DNA from: Octopus sinensis
Taxonomy: Eukaryota
NCBI RefSeq assembly: GCF_006345805.1
Contig: NC_043002.1
Location: forward strand, 65,596,001 to 65,660,000
Length of the DNA: 64,000 bases
Direction: 5' to 3'
Part shown: piece after piece, positions 62,571 to 64,000 of the stretch
Numbering within the stretch: the first letter of the stretch is position 1
Layout: every line of letters starts with the position of its first letter
The notes under the pieces: model-generated
The model's input: the letters and a program-made list of their open reading frames with translations, nothing else
Told to the model about the DNA's origin: nothing
The model's database searches: none
Program-made: the position numbers and the translations under genes

Positions 62571-63805
62571 GGCAGAACTAGTCATTTCAGTGAGGGAGGT
62601 GAAGGAAATCAACAAAAAAATGAGCAACTGGAAGGCCTCGGGACCAGGTGGATTTCAAGGCTACTGGATCAAAAGATTTGGTGAATGTCATGCACGAATA
62701 GCTGCACAACCCAACTTCTTGCTAAATGTGTAGGACAGTGCTGTGCTTGAAAAACATCGAAAAAAACAAATGGCAGACAATTATAGGCCGATATCCTATT
62801 GCTACTTATGATGAAATTATTGACTGGAATAGTCGCAGAGTCAATGCACGTACATCTGGAAAACAATGGAGTCCTGCCACATAAGCAGATGGGTTGCAAG
62901 CGTAAGTGCAGAGGTAAAAAAGTTCAACTCCTGGTAGACAAAACTGTACTTAGACAATGCAAGAGGAGGAAAACTATCTTAGCCATGTCATGGATCGATT
63001 ATCGTAAGGCGTACGATATGATCCCACATTTTTGGATTATGGTATTGCATCGAACGTTGAGCGATTGCTTGGAAAAAGTATGGCAAAGTGGAGGACGGAA
63101 CTGACAGCATATGGAAGCAGTTTAGGGACAATAGAAATCAGGAAAGCATGTAAAAAATGCCACAGAACCACTATTATCGAAATAAGGTCAGGCTTGTGTA
63201 AGATGGAAGATTGCAGAGATAAAGCCCTGTACAGGGACTTGATAATTAATGAAACTCAAAATAGGTGGATAAAGAAAAGAATGCATAGACAATTTCATAT
63301 AAATGTTGAAGATGAGACAGACAGAAAAGAGACGGCTATCGTTGACTAAAAAGGATTTAAAACCGAAAACTGAGGCTCTAATCTGTGCCGCCCAAGAGCA
63401 AGCTTTAAGAAACAATTACATCAAATACAGAATAGATGACACGTCAGAAAGTGATAAGGCAGAATTTGTGGACAAAATGGTGAAACCGTATAGCATATTA
63501 CCAATCAATATACGCCACTAGCCCACAAAGAATATAAGAGACGTCATGACAAAATAGCAAAGATTGTCCATTGGACACTTTGCAACAAGTATGGACTTGA
63601 CAGATCAAAACAGTGGTACGAACATAAACACAAAGGCATCAACGAAAATGATAAAGCAAATATCCTATGGTATTTTATGATTCAGTGCGACCACGAGATA
63701 GAGAATAGGAAACCAGACATGGTGTTAATTGGCAAAGAAAGCTGGATTATAGATATAGCATGTCCAGCTCACAACAACGTATGCGATAAGGAAGACAAAA
63801 AGGCC
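62571..63805 (+). pseudogene. Internally deleted R4/Dong family C ORF fragment
   Basis: [40 protein letters not shown], a jump over the QGD/YxDD core, then LKPKTEALICAAQEQALR, EYKRRHDKIAKIVHW and ENRKPDMVLI. It is preceded by (AAT)n/(AAC)n at 62487-62570. Confidence 0.88.
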
Positions 63806-63809
63806 GATA

Positions 63810-64000
63810 GAACAAAAGCCCAAGCAAAAGCCCAAAGAATACGAAGATTTGAGAAGAGAAACAAGTTTTACAAGCAAAATAAGCTGTTCACATCCAATGC
63901 CAAAAACTTCTACAGAGAAATAGGGAAGGAGAAAGTAACCGTTAAATGGAAGAAGTTCAAAACTTTTGGGAAAGGATTTGGAGTGACAAGAAGACGTACA
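63810..64000 (+). mobile_element. 5'-truncated copy of R4/Dong family A, continuing beyond the window
   Basis: Reverse complement of about 7203-7410, with two substitutions and a 12-bp deletion by my reading. Confidence 0.88.

Noticed and set aside
62150-62581. 143-aa ORF as a gene or R4 N-terminus
   Set aside because: No recognisable motif, it ends in poly-N from (AAT)n, and it shows no similarity to the family A N-terminus at 7513-8520.

Overview
This is AT-rich, microsatellite-dense animal nuclear DNA. The repeat families look cephalopod (Octopus-like), which is my inference and not a database result. I found no supportable host protein-coding gene, rRNA, true tRNA or CRISPR array, and there is one 100-N scaffold gap (20280-20379). 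Almost every recognisable feature is a transposable element: (i) R4/Dong-type restriction-like-endonuclease (RLE) non-LTR retrotransposons, one near full length, mostly abutting (AAT)n; (ii) Tx1/L1-clade retrotransposons, seven stacked head-to-tail in one (GATA)n tract at 46.2-53.0 kb and one solo copy in another (GATA)n tract; (iii) RTE fragments; (iv) several tRNA-derived SINE families; (v) a DD36E Tc1-like transposon, mariner fold-back derivatives, MITEs and a Helentron-like element; (vi) five hammerhead-ribozyme (HHR) motifs. One HHR is structurally complete, and one sits in the tail of an apparent tRNA-headed SINE. The strongest leads are a (GATA)n-targeting Tx1 family, the tRNA-head/(AAT)n/HHR-tail SINE that also serves as a landing pad for (AAT)n-targeting R4/Dong elements, and the ribozymes. 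The long ORFs made of YI, VC, IYLS, poly-H/D/E/K or poly-N are microsatellite artefacts.
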